From a plasmid: 64,000 nucleotides of DNA. Shown here one piece after another: positions 45,327 to 55,626 of this stretch (the first letter of the stretch is position 1; each line of letters begins with the position of its first letter). Below the pieces are notes generated by a model. The model did not search any database, was not told the origin of the DNA, and saw only the letters and a program-made list of their open reading frames with translations. The DNA lies in the sequence record NZ_CP029448.1. The stretch is one strand, 5' to 3'. The position numbers and the translations under genes were made by a program.

Positions 45327-47327
45327 ATGTCAGTGACCGAGTCTAAAGCAAAAGCGCCGGTTAAAACCAGCAAAAAATCGGTGAACCCTGCCGAATCCGC
45401 CGCCCTGAAAGCCGCGCTTGAGGCTGCTCAGGTTGAGATGGTGCCGCTGTCGGCGCTGGTCAAATCCCCGCTGAACGTTCGCACGATCCCCTATCCGGCT
45501 GACAGTGTCCGGGAGATGGCTGACTCCATCATGGCGATCGGCCTGATCCAGAATCTGGTGGTTCACTCGCTGCCGGACGGTATGTCAGGGGTGGCTGCAG
45601 GTGGCCGCCGTCTTGCCGCCCTGCAACAGTTGCTCAGCGAGCAGCGCATCGATGCCGGGTATCTCGTTGTCGCCAAGCGTGTCAGTGACGACCTGGCGAT
45701 GGTTGCCTCGATGGTCGAGAACAACCAGCGGGTGGCCATGCATCCGGCAGAGCAAATCAGCGGGTTCCGCACCCTGTCAGAAGAGGGGAAAACCCCGGCT
45801 CAAATCGGGGACCTGCTGGGCTACAGTGCCCGTCACGTTCAGCGGATGCTGAAGCTGGCAAACCTCGCCCCGGAACTGATCACCCTGCTGGCAGAGGACA
45901 AACTCGACGTGGAGCAGTGTCAGGCCCTGAGTCTGGAGAGCGACCCGGCACGTCAGGTGCAGGTGTATGACCAGGTGAAAACCTCATACGGCAGCACACC
46001 CGCTCACCTGCTGAAGCGGGCCATCACGGATACGGAAATCGCCGTAACCCACTCCCGCTTCGTGTTTATCGGTCGTGAAGCGTATGAGGCCGCCGGGGGC
46101 GTGGTGCGTGAGGATCTGTTCAGCGCCCAGGAGGGAGACGGAACGGCTGATGGGGTACTGGTTGAGCGTCTGGTTCAGGAGAAGCTGGCGGCGGCTGCGC
46201 TGGCCATCGAACAACAGGAAGGCTGGTCATGGTCACTGGCTCGTGAGGGCTCCGTCAGAAACTACGGCGATGACCGCGAGCATTATCTGGTGCTGCCGGC
46301 GCCGGAGGGGGAATTCAGCGCTGAGGAGCTACAGCGTCTTGATGAACTGTACGCCACGCTGGAGGCAACGGAAACCTTTGAGGATGAAGCCGCGATTCAG
46401 GTGCTGATTGATGAGATTGAAAATGCGGCGTCAGTTCGGGCGTGGACACCGGAGCAGAAAGCGGCCTGTGGCGTGGTGGTCAGTCTGTATGACGGTGAGC
46501 TTTGCGTCCAGCGTGGTGTCCAGAAGAAGATCCAGACGGCGGTCTCTGACGTCGGGGAACACGGTGGCGATCAGGCTGCCGTACATGTGGTCACCCGCAG
46601 TATCCCTGATGCGGCAGAAGGCATCAGCATGCCGTTGCTGAAAAAAATGTCTTCAGAAAGGACACTGGCGGTTCAGGCCGAACTGGTTAAGCAGCCACAG
46701 AAAGCCGTGGCCCTGATGGCCTGGCGGCTGTGCAGTTGCGTGTTTGACTACTGCACCACCACCCGGCATCCGTTCGTCCTGCGCCTTGAGGTGCATCACA
46801 GCGGCCTGACCAGTGAAGCCCCGACCGGAGAGGAAGGTCAGGCATGGCGGTATCTGATGCAGGAGAAAGCCCGTCTGGAAGCCCTGCTGCCGGAGGGGTG
46901 GCAGAAGGATTTCACCACCTTCTTTACCCTCGACGGGCAGACCCTGATGTCGCTGATGGCCTTCTGTGCTGCCTGTTCCGTCGACGGTGTTCAGACCCGT
47001 GAATGTGGACATACCGGCCGCAGTGACCTCGATGGCGTGGAGGCGGCGCTGGGATTTCATCTGCGCGACTGGTGGCAGCCGACAGCGGATAACTTCCTCG
47101 GGTTGCTCAGCAAGGCCCAGATTGTGGCGGCGCTGAAGGAGGCCGGGCTGACCGGAGCCGCCTCGGATGCCGAAAAAATGAAGAAGGGTGATGCTGCCAG
47201 CCATGCGGAACAGTGGCTCTCCGGCTCCCGCTGGGTACCGGGCTGGATGCAGTCCCCGGATGCCGCAAAGCCGGACGATGCACATGCTGCCCCTGACACT
47301 GACGAACCGACTTCACACGCAGCCTGA
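45327..47327 (+). CDS. ParB-like nuclease domain protein (F orf652-type leading-region protein)
   Basis: N-terminal ParB/Srx domain ([15 protein letters not shown]...[11 protein letters not shown]). 666 aa. Confidence 0.8.
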   Translation: MSVTESKAKAPVKTSKKSVNPAESAALKAALEAAQVEMVPLSALVKSPLNVRTIPYPADSVREMADSIMAIGLIQNLVVHSLPDGMSGVAAGGRRLAALQQLLSEQRIDAGYLVVAKRVSDDLAMVASMVENNQRVAMHPAEQISGFRTLSEEGKTPAQIGDLLGYSARHVQRMLKLANLAPELITLLAEDKLDVEQCQALSLESDPARQVQVYDQVKTSYGSTPAHLLKRAITDTEIAVTHSRFVFIGREAYEAAGGVVREDLFSAQEGDGTADGVLVERLVQEKLAAAALAIEQQEGWSWSLAREGSVRNYGDDREHYLVLPAPEGEFSAEELQRLDELYATLEATETFEDEAAIQVLIDEIENAASVRAWTPEQKAACGVVVSLYDGELCVQRGVQKKIQTAVSDVGEHGGDQAAVHVVTRSIPDAAEGISMPLLKKMSSERTLAVQAELVKQPQKAVALMAWRLCSCVFDYCTTTRHPFVLRLEVHHSGLTSEAPTGEEGQAWRYLMQEKARLEALLPEGWQKDFTTFFTLDGQTLMSLMAFCAACSVDGVQTRECGHTGRSDLDGVEAALGFHLRDWWQPTADNFLGLLSKAQIVAALKEAGLTGAASDAEKMKKGDAASHAEQWLSGSRWVPGWMQSPDAAKPDDAHAAPDTDEPTSHAA

Positions 47328-47371
47328 TAACGGAGACGCCGCCCTGCGGGGCGGCGATAAGGAGACTGAAG

Positions 47372-47803
47372 ATGAAAACGTTACTGACTCTGGACGTCCT
47401 CAAAACCATGTCCATCGACGAGCTGGAAGATTACCGCGCTGCGGGTGAAGATTTTCGCCGTGAGCTGACCCATGCAGTGATGCGTGTTCTGCATCTGCCG
47501 TCAGGCTGGTCCGTGAACGGTGAATATCGCAGTGAGTTTGGCGGTTTTTTCCCGGTTCAGATCCGCTTTTCTCCGGCCCATTGCCATTTTGATGTCGCTG
47601 TCTGCAGCCCCGGAGAGTTGAGTGAGCGCTGGATGATCGTCTTTGTGACACGTGGTGGCCAGCCGTTCTCTGTTGTTCGCAGCATGGAAGCATTTAACCC
47701 GGAGTTGATCTCCCACACGCTAGCATTGATAGCGTGTCTCGATACTGACGGATATTCCTGCGCCAGTATCATCAGTACGCTGGAACAGGAGGGCGCACAA
47801 TGA
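47372..47803 (+). CDS. psiB: plasmid SOS inhibition protein PsiB
   Basis: [40 protein letters not shown] is strongly PsiB-like. 143 aa. Confidence 0.9.
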   Translation: MKTLLTLDVLKTMSIDELEDYRAAGEDFRRELTHAVMRVLHLPSGWSVNGEYRSEFGGFFPVQIRFSPAHCHFDVAVCSPGELSERWMIVFVTRGGQPFSVVRSMEAFNPELISHTLALIACLDTDGYSCASIISTLEQEGAQ

Positions 47804-48528
47804 TCCCTTCGTCCCGTTCCCTTGTCACCCTGCAGCCTGCCCGGCAGGCTGCGCTGCAGGCCATCATGACCGTGGAGAATGCCCGCCAGCGCGGTGCTCG
47901 TCTGTCTGCAGCGCCACACGTGCGTACTTTCCTGCGCCTGCTGACCGGGAACAGCCGTATGAACACGACCGTGGCGCTGCGCATTCCCGGCCTGAACTGG
48001 GACCCGAAACATCGTCTGAGCAGTCTTAAACAGGTGGAAGAGGCGCTCGATGCACTGATTGCCAGTCACGGGGAGTGCTGCCCGCTGCCGCTGCCGGTTG
48101 ATGTTCAGGCCGAACTGTTCCCCGAGGTGCAGCACAGCCGGACTGAGCGCCGGAAACAGCGCAGCAGCCTCGCCTTTACCCGTAAGATGCGTCGGGAAGA
48201 ACGCGCAATGGTGCATCACTGGCGATTACGGCAGAACCTGCTGGGACAGGCCGTCACGGAGCTGAATTTCCAGTCACCGGAAACGGTCATCAGCTGGTAC
48301 CGCCGGTGGGCCGGTGAGTTTGACGCGCGTGAGCTTGCCCCTGCCTTCTGGCACTGGCGATCGCGATATGCCTCGCTGGCCTCTCTGGACTGGCTGCGGG
48401 ATGCCGGGGAGCCGCTGTATGGTGTCATGCATGAAATCAGCTTCATTGTGAGAGAGACGCCGGAGTCTGTGCGTCAGGCAGAACGCTGGCAGGTCCCGAA
48501 CAAGCTGACACACCGGAGCCACGGATGA
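47800..48528 (+). CDS. psiA: PsiA
   Basis: 242 aa immediately after psiB with a 4-bp overlap. PsiA-like pattern. Confidence 0.75.
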   Translation: MIPSSRSLVTLQPARQAALQAIMTVENARQRGARLSAAPHVRTFLRLLTGNSRMNTTVALRIPGLNWDPKHRLSSLKQVEEALDALIASHGECCPLPLPVDVQAELFPEVQHSRTERRKQRSSLAFTRKMRREERAMVHHWRLRQNLLGQAVTELNFQSPETVISWYRRWAGEFDARELAPAFWHWRSRYASLASLDWLRDAGEPLYGVMHEISFIVRETPESVRQAERWQVPNKLTHRSHG

Positions 48529-48851
48529 AGTGGCGCTATTCCCTGCGCTGGAAACTGCCGCACAGGCCCTGCCCGGGTCCACAGGAGCTGGTTTCCGTTG
48601 TCGTGGAGGCAGGGCAGGCGGCACCTGAAGAAGTGATGTCTTGCTGGGTAGCGGGCGCGGGATATGCGGTATGCGTGGATTTTCTGGACGAGAGGCAGAT
48701 TAAGCGCTGGAGCGACGAGCGGAAAGCCGCCGCCCGCCACCGGAATCTGGTGCGCCGCATCAACAGGATTGCGCCCTTGTTTGCCGACGAGCTGATCGAG
48801 CGGGAGCTTGAGAGCAGACCCGGGTATTTTCGCGGCAAATCAGAACGATGA
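48525..48851 (+). CDS. hypothetical protein
   Basis: 108-aa ORF overlapping the psiA stop. Confidence 0.3.
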   Translation: MKWRYSLRWKLPHRPCPGPQELVSVVVEAGQAAPEEVMSCWVAGAGYAVCVDFLDERQIKRWSDERKAAARHRNLVRRINRIAPLFADELIERELESRPGYFRGKSER

Positions 48852-48867
48852 TGGCGCGATGCCTGGT

Positions 48868-48995
48868 CAGTCTGGCAGCGGGTAAGGTATACTGGCGGTG
48901 GCGCTTGAGGCTTTTTGCCTCATGACGTGAAGGTGGTTTGTTACCGTGTTGTGTGGCAGAAAGCAGAAAGCCCCGTAGTTAATTTTCATTAACCC
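48868..48995 (+). pseudogene. hok/sok (flm)-type leader remnant, interrupted by IS insertion
   Basis: GGCGCTTGAGGCTTTTTGCCTCATGACGTGAAGGTGGTTTGTTACCGTGTTGTGTGGCAGAAAG...GTAGTTAATTTTCATTAACC matches my recollection of the hok mRNA 5' fold-back region of R1/F. The mok/hok coding part is absent. Confidence 0.5.
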
Positions 48996-49027
48996 ATGCA
49001 CTGCACCCATTTAGTTGGACTCTCAAA

Positions 49028-49549
49028 TTGGAGAGTCCCATGTCCAGACGTAAGTACACCTTTCAACAGCGCCTCGAAGTGGTTATGCACTATTTCGCTA
49101 CCGATGAAGGCTATCGTTTAACTTCAGCTCGCTTTAACGTTCCCAGAACCCAGGTAAGAATATGGGTTGCAGCCTATGATGCTTATGGAGAAGAAGGTCT
49201 GAAGCCCAGGGATAAGGGCGTATCAATCGCTCCCGATATCAGAGTCGAAGCCGTAAAGGCTGTACTGACGGGGCAGATTTCCCAGACGCAGGCTGCAGCG
49301 AAATTTAACGTCGCGGGTTCGGCCTCTGTTGGGAAGTGGATGAAGGTCTTCAGCGAACATGGAGAGGAAGGGCTTCGTTCTCTCCGTATTGGCAAAAAAA
49401 GGGCACTTCATATGATTGATGATCCTGTTGCGCTTGAGGCAGCACTGGAGCGTTCGAAAGATAAACGTATTCAGGACCTTGAACAAAAAGTCCGCCGCCT
49501 GGAATTACGGATACTTTATTTAAAAAAGTTGAAAGCCTTAGTTCGATAA
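49028..49549 (+). CDS. IS150-like transposase OrfA
   Basis: MESPMSRRKYTFQQRLEVVMHYFATDEGYRLTSARFNVPRTQVRIWVAAYDAYGEEGL... Confidence 0.85.
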   Translation: MESPMSRRKYTFQQRLEVVMHYFATDEGYRLTSARFNVPRTQVRIWVAAYDAYGEEGLKPRDKGVSIAPDIRVEAVKAVLTGQISQTQAAAKFNVAGSASVGKWMKVFSEHGEEGLRSLRIGKKRALHMIDDPVALEAALERSKDKRIQDLEQKVRRLELRILYLKKLKALVR

Positions 49550-49605
49550 GGGATAAGGTCAGAATTATCGACGAACTGAGGCAGCACTATTCGTTCGAGC
49601 AGCTT

Positions 49606-50409
49606 TTGCAGATAGCTCAGATACCCAGGAGTACGTTTTACTATCACCTGAAAGCACTCCGCTCTCCGGGAAAATACGATGAAGTGAAATGCAGAATCAA
49701 AGAGATCTATGATGAGAACCAGGGCCGCTATGGTTATCGGCGGATAGCACTGGCGCTCAGAAGAGAGGGAGGAGCGTTGAACCACAAAGTGGTTCAACGT
49801 CTGATGAATGTGCTTCGTCTCAAAGCTGCGATAAGAGTTAAGCGTTACAGTTCATGGCGGGGTGAACATGGGCGCGCTGCTGACAATATCCTGCAACGAA
49901 ACTTCAAAGCCAGCCGGCCCAATGAAAAATGGGTCACCGATGTCACTGAATTCGCTGTAAATGGCCGGAAACTCTATCTTTCTCCCATCATCGACCTCTT
50001 CAATAACGAAGTTATTTCCTACAGTATTTCAGAACGCCCAACCATGCCGATGATTGATGAGATGTTGATTAAGGCATTTGCCAGAATGGATCCAAACAGC
50101 AAGCCAGTTCTTCATTCAGATCAGGGCTGGCAGTACCGTCATCGATGGTACCAGTATCAGCTCCGCGATTTTGGCGTCACGCAAAGTATGTCCCGCAAAG
50201 GTAACTGCCTGGATAACGCCTGTGCAGAATGCTTTTTCGGGACTTTAAAATCAGAATGCTTTTACCTCGGTAAATTTAAGGATATAGATGAACTTAAGGA
50301 TGCTATTGAGGATTACATTCGGTACTACAACACCCGGCGAATCAGCCTTAAATTTAACGGTCTCAGCCCAGTTGAATACCGCCTGAAATTCCATCCATTG
50401 CGCATTTAA
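49606..50409 (+). CDS. IS150-like transposase OrfB (DDE; expressed by frameshift from OrfA)
   Basis: DDE motifs: HSDQGWQY, CLDNACAECFFGTLKSE. Confidence 0.85.
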   Translation: MQIAQIPRSTFYYHLKALRSPGKYDEVKCRIKEIYDENQGRYGYRRIALALRREGGALNHKVVQRLMNVLRLKAAIRVKRYSSWRGEHGRAADNILQRNFKASRPNEKWVTDVTEFAVNGRKLYLSPIIDLFNNEVISYSISERPTMPMIDEMLIKAFARMDPNSKPVLHSDQGWQYRHRWYQYQLRDFGVTQSMSRKGNCLDNACAECFFGTLKSECFYLGKFKDIDELKDAIEDYIRYYNTRRISLKFNGLSPVEYRLKFHPLRI

Positions 50410-50626
50410 TCAGCCGATTTTTAGTTGATGCAGCTTTAAAGAAAGCGTTTAAATATGAGTGATTTGTATGCTCTGAGTTCTTGCGTTTAAGGCTAATTGA
50501 GTTAAAGAAAGCGTCCGGTATTCGTGACCATTGCGTCACCGGCCATCAATACATCTGATTTTCCACATGTGTTATTGATTTTAAATTCCCAGAGCGTATC
50601 CTGTTACCAAATGAGAAGGAGTACTG

Positions 50627-50977
50627 ATGAAACTAACTACCCTACAACTCTTCAAATACCTCTCCGATGAAACCCGTTTGGGTATCGTGTTGCTGCTCAG
50701 GGAGATGGGGGAGCTGTGCGTGTGTGATCTCTGCACTGCATTGGAACAGTCTCAGCCCAAGATCTCCCGCCATCTGGCAATGCTCCGGGAAAGTGGACTA
50801 TTGCTGGATCGCAAACAGGGCAAGTGGGTTCATTACCGCCTTTCTCCGCAAATTCCTTCCTGGGCTGCTCAAGTAATTGAGCTGGCCTGGTTAAGCCAAC
50901 AGGACGACGTGCAAGCCATCGCCCGTAAGCTGGCATCAGCAAACTGCTCTGGCAGCGGTAAGGCTGTTTGTATCTAA
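50627..50977 (+). CDS. arsR: arsenical resistance operon repressor ArsR
   Basis: ELCVCDLC As(III) site, near-identical to R773 ArsR. Confidence 0.95.
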   Translation: MKLTTLQLFKYLSDETRLGIVLLLREMGELCVCDLCTALEQSQPKISRHLAMLRESGLLLDRKQGKWVHYRLSPQIPSWAAQVIELAWLSQQDDVQAIARKLASANCSGSGKAVCI

Positions 50978-51024
50978 AAAATTTGCCTTAATATATGTGA
51001 TTTTTCGAATGTGAGGTATTCAGA

Positions 51025-51387
51025 ATGAAAACGTTAACGGTGTTTGACCCGGCAATGTGCTGCAGTACCGGCGTATGTGGCTCAGATGTCGATCAGGTTC
51101 TGGTTGATTTTTCTGCTGATGTGCAGTGGCTGAAAGGACGTGGCGTACAGGTTGAACGTTACAACCTGGCGCAGCAGCCCATGAGTTTTGTTCAGAATGA
51201 GAAAGCGAAAGCATTCCTCGAAGCATCTGGTGCAGAAGGGCTTCCGTTACTGCTGTTGGACGGTGAAACGGTGATGGCAGGGCGATACCCAAAACGCGCC
51301 GAGCTGGCTCGCTGGTTCGGTATTCCGCTGGAGAAGGTAGGGCTAGCTCCCATCAGTTGCTGTGGTGGTAATACTTCCTGTTGCTGA
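51025..51387 (+). CDS. arsD: arsenic metallochaperone ArsD
   Basis: MKTLTVFDPAMCCSTGVCGSDVD, C-terminal CC pairs. Confidence 0.95.
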   Translation: MKTLTVFDPAMCCSTGVCGSDVDQVLVDFSADVQWLKGRGVQVERYNLAQQPMSFVQNEKAKAFLEASGAEGLPLLLLDGETVMAGRYPKRAELARWFGIPLEKVGLAPISCCGGNTSCC

Positions 51388-51404
51388 GTATGTCAGGAGG
51401 ACAT

Positions 51405-53156
51405 ATGAAATTCTTACAGAATATCCCGCCTTACCTGTTTTTTACTGGCAAGGGAGGTGTAGGAAAAACTTCCATTTCCTGCGCGACGGCTATTCGCCTT
51501 GCCGAACAGGGTAAGCGGGTTTTGCTTGTCAGTACCGACCCAGCCTCCAATGTCGGTCAGGTATTCGATCAGGCTATCGGTAACACGATTCGCCCTGTGA
51601 CAGCAGTTCATGGACTTTCCGCACTGGAGATTGATCCGCAGGACGCCGCCCAGCAATACCGCGCCAGAATCGTTGACCCTATTAAAGGTCTTTTGCCTGA
51701 TGACGTTGTTAACAGCATCAGTGAACAGCTTTCAGGAGCCTGTACCACTGAGATTGCGGCGTTTGATGAGTTCACCGGCTTATTGACAGACGCTTCTCTG
51801 CTGACCCGCTTCGATCACATCATTTTTGATACTGCCCCAACGGGCCACACTATTCGCCTTCTTCAGCTTCCCGGAGCCTGGAGCAGCTTCATCGAAAGTA
51901 ACCCGGATGGTGCTTCCTGTCTTGGCCCAATGGCCGGGCTGGAAAAGCAACGCGAGCAATATGCTCATGCAGTTGAGGCATTATCCGATCCTGAACGTAC
52001 TCGCCTGGTGCTGGTCGCGCGATTGCAAAAATCCACATTGCAGGAAGTTGCCCGCACTCATGAAGAACTGTCAGCCATTGGCCTTAAAAATCAGTATCTC
52101 GTCATTAATGGTGTGCTGCCTAAAGCCGAAGCTGAACATGACGCCCTGGCCGCTGCGATATGGCAACGAGAGCAGGAGGCGCTGGCAAATCTTCCTTCCG
52201 GGTTATCTGAGTTGCCGACAGATACCCTATTACTACAGCCAGTCAATATGGTTGGTGTTTCAGCATTGAAGGGACTGCTGGATACCCGTTCTGAGACATT
52301 ACCGCTCCCGGTAACGAACATCCTGTACACGCCTGAAAACTTATCACTCTCTGGCCTGGTCGATGATATCGCTCGCAGTGAACACGGCCTGATTATGCTG
52401 ATGGGAAAAGGTGGTGTAGGGAAAACCACGATGGCTGCGGCTATAGCCGTCAGGCTGGCAGACATGGGATTTGACGTGCATCTCACGACCTCTGATCCTG
52501 CTGCGCACCTGAGTACAACGCTGAACGGCAGCCTCAAAAACCTGCAGGTCAGCCGCATCAACCCTCACGATGAAACCGAACGCTATCGCCAGCATGTTCT
52601 TGAGACGAAGGGAAGAGATCTGGACGAAGCAGGGAAACGGCTACTGGAAGAGGATTTACGCTCTCCCTGTACTGAAGAAATTGCCGTGTTTCAGGCCTTT
52701 TCCAGGGTGATTCGTGAAGCGGGTAAACGGTTTGTGGTCATGGATACTGCCCCTACGGGACATACGCTGTTGCTGCTGGATGCGACCGGGGCTTACCACC
52801 GAGAGATTGCCAAAAAAATGGGGAGTAAAGGTCATTTTACTACCCCAATGATGCAGCTTCAGGATCCGGATAGAACCAAAGTTCTGCTGGTTACGCTTCC
52901 TGAAACCACACCGGTGCTGGAAGCGGCAAACCTGCAGGCTGACCTTGAAAGAGCGGGGATTCATCCGTGGGGCTGGATTATCAATAACAGCCTTTCCATT
53001 GCGGATACGCGTTCTCCGTTGCTTTGCCAGCGTGCTCGTCAGGAACAGCCTCAGATTGAGGCTGTTAAGAATCAGTACGCTAACCGTATAGCGCTTGTTC
53101 CGGTGCTGACGTCAGAGCCAGCTGGTATTGAAAAGCTCAGAGAGTTGATGAGTTAA
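51405..53156 (+). CDS. arsA: arsenite-transporting ATPase ArsA
   Basis: Two GKGGVGKT Walker A motifs and DTAPTGH. R773-like. Confidence 0.95.
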   Translation: MKFLQNIPPYLFFTGKGGVGKTSISCATAIRLAEQGKRVLLVSTDPASNVGQVFDQAIGNTIRPVTAVHGLSALEIDPQDAAQQYRARIVDPIKGLLPDDVVNSISEQLSGACTTEIAAFDEFTGLLTDASLLTRFDHIIFDTAPTGHTIRLLQLPGAWSSFIESNPDGASCLGPMAGLEKQREQYAHAVEALSDPERTRLVLVARLQKSTLQEVARTHEELSAIGLKNQYLVINGVLPKAEAEHDALAAAIWQREQEALANLPSGLSELPTDTLLLQPVNMVGVSALKGLLDTRSETLPLPVTNILYTPENLSLSGLVDDIARSEHGLIMLMGKGGVGKTTMAAAIAVRLADMGFDVHLTTSDPAAHLSTTLNGSLKNLQVSRINPHDETERYRQHVLETKGRDLDEAGKRLLEEDLRSPCTEEIAVFQAFSRVIREAGKRFVVMDTAPTGHTLLLLDATGAYHREIAKKMGSKGHFTTPMMQLQDPDRTKVLLVTLPETTPVLEAANLQADLERAGIHPWGWIINNSLSIADTRSPLLCQRARQEQPQIEAVKNQYANRIALVPVLTSEPAGIEKLRELMS

Positions 53157-53203
53157 TTTTTTTGCATATACAGGGCGGCAAAGTCGCCCTGTCAGGAGGT
53201 TTT

Positions 53204-54493
53204 ATGTTACTGGCCGGCGCTATTTTTGTCCTGACCATTGTTTTGGTTATCTGGCAACCAAAGGGATTAGGGATCGGCTGGAGTGCAATGCTGGGCGCGG
53301 GACTGGCTCTGATATCTGGCGTTGTGCATGTGGGGGATATTCCGGTGGTGTGGAATATCGTCTGGAACGCTACGGCGACCTTTATTGCCGTAATTATTAT
53401 CAGCCTGCTGCTTGATGAGTCCGGCTTTTTCGAATGGGCAGCGCTGCACGTTTCCCGATGGGGTAACGGTCGTGGACGTTTGCTCTTTACGTATATCGTT
53501 CTGCTCGGTGCGGCGGTGGCGGCACTGTTTGCCAACGATGGTGCGGCACTTATTCTGACGCCGATAGTCATCGCCATGCTGCTGGCATTAGGGTTCAGCA
53601 AAGGTACGACACTGGCATTTGTCATGGCAGCCGGTTTTATTGCCGATACGGCCAGCCTGCCGCTTATCGTGTCGAACCTGGTGAATATAGTCTCGGCGGA
53701 CTTTTTTGGTCTGGGATTCACCGAATATGCGTCGGTGATGGTTCCGGTTGATATTGCCGCTATTATCGCCACGCTGGTGATGCTGCATCTGTTCTTCCGC
53801 AAGGATATTCCACCGACTTACGACCTGGCGCTCCTGAAAGCTCCGACAAAAGCAATAAAAGATCCTGCTACGTTCCGCACCGGCTGGATAGTTTTGATTC
53901 TTCTGTTGGTAGGTTTTTTCGTCCTCGAGCCGCTTGGGATTCCCGTTAGTGCGATTGCGGCTGTTGGTGCTGTGATCCTGTTTGCGGTAGCTAAACGAGG
54001 CCATGCCATTAACACCGGAAAAGTGCTGCGTGGCGCACCCTGGCAAATCGTCATCTTCTCATTGGGGATGTACCTGGTGGTCTACGGTCTGCGCAACGCC
54101 GGGCTAACCGAATACCTTTCAGGAGTGCTGAACGTACTGGCGGATAAAGGACTCTGGGCTGCGACGCTGGGTACTGGCTTCCTGACGGCTTTCTTGTCTT
54201 CCATCATGAACAACATGCCTACCGTGCTGGTTGGCGCTCTTTCTATCGATGGAAGCACTGCAACTGGCGTTATTAAAGAGGCGATGATCTACGCCAACGT
54301 GATTGGCTGCGATCTGGGCCCGAAAATTACACCTATAGGTAGCCTGGCAACGCTGCTCTGGCTGCATGTCCTTTCACAGAAGAATATGACCATCACCTGG
54401 GGATACTATTTCCGCACCGGGATCGTCATGACTCTGCCTGTGCTGTTTGTAACGCTGGCAGCGCTGGCGTTACGTCTCTCTTTCACTTTGTAA
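53204..54493 (+). CDS. arsB: arsenite efflux permease ArsB
   Basis: 429 aa, near-identical to R773 ArsB from [13 protein letters not shown]. Confidence 0.95.
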   Translation: MLLAGAIFVLTIVLVIWQPKGLGIGWSAMLGAGLALISGVVHVGDIPVVWNIVWNATATFIAVIIISLLLDESGFFEWAALHVSRWGNGRGRLLFTYIVLLGAAVAALFANDGAALILTPIVIAMLLALGFSKGTTLAFVMAAGFIADTASLPLIVSNLVNIVSADFFGLGFTEYASVMVPVDIAAIIATLVMLHLFFRKDIPPTYDLALLKAPTKAIKDPATFRTGWIVLILLLVGFFVLEPLGIPVSAIAAVGAVILFAVAKRGHAINTGKVLRGAPWQIVIFSLGMYLVVYGLRNAGLTEYLSGVLNVLADKGLWAATLGTGFLTAFLSSIMNNMPTVLVGALSIDGSTATGVIKEAMIYANVIGCDLGPKITPIGSLATLLWLHVLSQKNMTITWGYYFRTGIVMTLPVLFVTLAALALRLSFTL

Positions 54494-54505
54494 TGAGATA
54501 CTGAT

Positions 54506-54931
54506 ATGAGCAACATCACCATTTATCACAACCCGGCCTGCGGCACGTCGCGTAATACGCTGGAGATGATCCGCAACAGTGGTAATGAACCGACCGTTAT
54601 TCATTACCTTGAAAATCCACCTTCACGCGATGAGCTGGTCAAACTCATTGCAGATATGGGCATTTCAGTCCGGGCTTTGCTGCGCAAAAACGTCGAGCCT
54701 TATGAAGAACTGGGGCTTGCTGAAGATAAGTTTATTGACGGTGAGTTAATCGATTTTATGCTTCAGTATCCGATCCTGATTAACCGTCCGATTGTGGTAA
54801 CACCGCTGGGAACGCGCCTTTGCCGCCCTTCCGAAGTGGTGCTGGATATTCTTCCGGATGCGCAAAAAGGCGCATTTGCTAAGGAAGACGGCGAGAAAGT
54901 CGTTGATGAAACAGGTAAGCGATTGAAATAA
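54506..54931 (+). CDS. arsC: glutaredoxin-dependent arsenate reductase ArsC
   Basis: MSNITIYHNPACGTSRNTLEMI... Confidence 0.95.
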   Translation: MSNITIYHNPACGTSRNTLEMIRNSGNEPTVIHYLENPPSRDELVKLIADMGISVRALLRKNVEPYEELGLAEDKFIDGELIDFMLQYPILINRPIVVTPLGTRLCRPSEVVLDILPDAQKGAFAKEDGEKVVDETGKRLK

Positions 54932-54965
54932 AGATAAAGGGGGCAGACGCCCCCTTATTCCTGCC

Positions 54966-55502
54966 TCAGAGCATAAGATCTGAATCTTCTGGCAGAGTAC
55001 GATTCCCTTCACCAAGTTTCATTTGCAGCAAAACCGTGTCAAGCCAGCGGCCATGTTTGAAACCAATGTCTTTTAATGTGCCTATTTCAGTAAATCCTGT
55101 GCGGATATGAAGCGCAACAGAAGCGACGTTAGCGCTGTCACCTACGACAGCAATCATCTGACGATATCCCTGGGACTCGGCCCATTTTAATGCATGATTG
55201 AGCAGTGCTTTTCCGACGCCCTGGCGCTGATAAGTCGGATCAATATATATCGAATTTTCAACTGTAAACCGATAGGCATGGCGTTCGCGGTAACGGGAAA
55301 TATAACAGTAGCCGATGACCGTATCGCCATGCAGAGCGACATACCAAGGAAATCCCCGAGACTGAATGCTCCTCAGTCGGTTAAGCATTTCCTGCGTATC
55401 CGGAGGTTCGGTTTCGAAGCTACCTGTACCATGCAGAACATGGTGAGCATAGATATTGCGTATCGCGGTAATGTGCTGTTCTTCAGCATTAATAATGTGC
55501 AT
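54966..55502 (-). CDS. GNAT (phosphinothricin-acetyltransferase-type) N-acetyltransferase, ArsN1-like
   Basis: GNAT motifs RQGVGKALL. Located at the 3' end of the minus-strand ars cluster, where arsN1 (arsinothricin acetyltransferase) genes occur. Confidence 0.55.
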   Translation of the reverse strand: MHIINAEEQHITAIRNIYAHHVLHGTGSFETEPPDTQEMLNRLRSIQSRGFPWYVALHGDTVIGYCYISRYRERHAYRFTVENSIYIDPTYQRQGVGKALLNHALKWAESQGYRQMIAVVGDSANVASVALHIRTGFTEIGTLKDIGFKHGRWLDTVLLQMKLGEGNRTLPEDSDLML

Positions 55503-55626
55503 CGTGTTACTCCAGTAATGATGCTTTACAAGCTACCGGAATTCGCGACAGAAGGTTAAATACTTAAACTTATAGCCTGTATAAGTAAAAGTTTGACTGC
55601 AGGAAATGGGGCCGCAGCCCCATCTT

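Larger units (their letters stand above)
48996..50440 (+). mobile_element. IS3-family IS150-like insertion sequence
   Basis: Left end TGCACTGCACCCATTTAGTTGGAC. OrfA (49028-49549) is highly similar to IS150 InsA. OrfB (49606-50409) is a DDE transposase. Right boundary is approximate. Confidence 0.7.
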
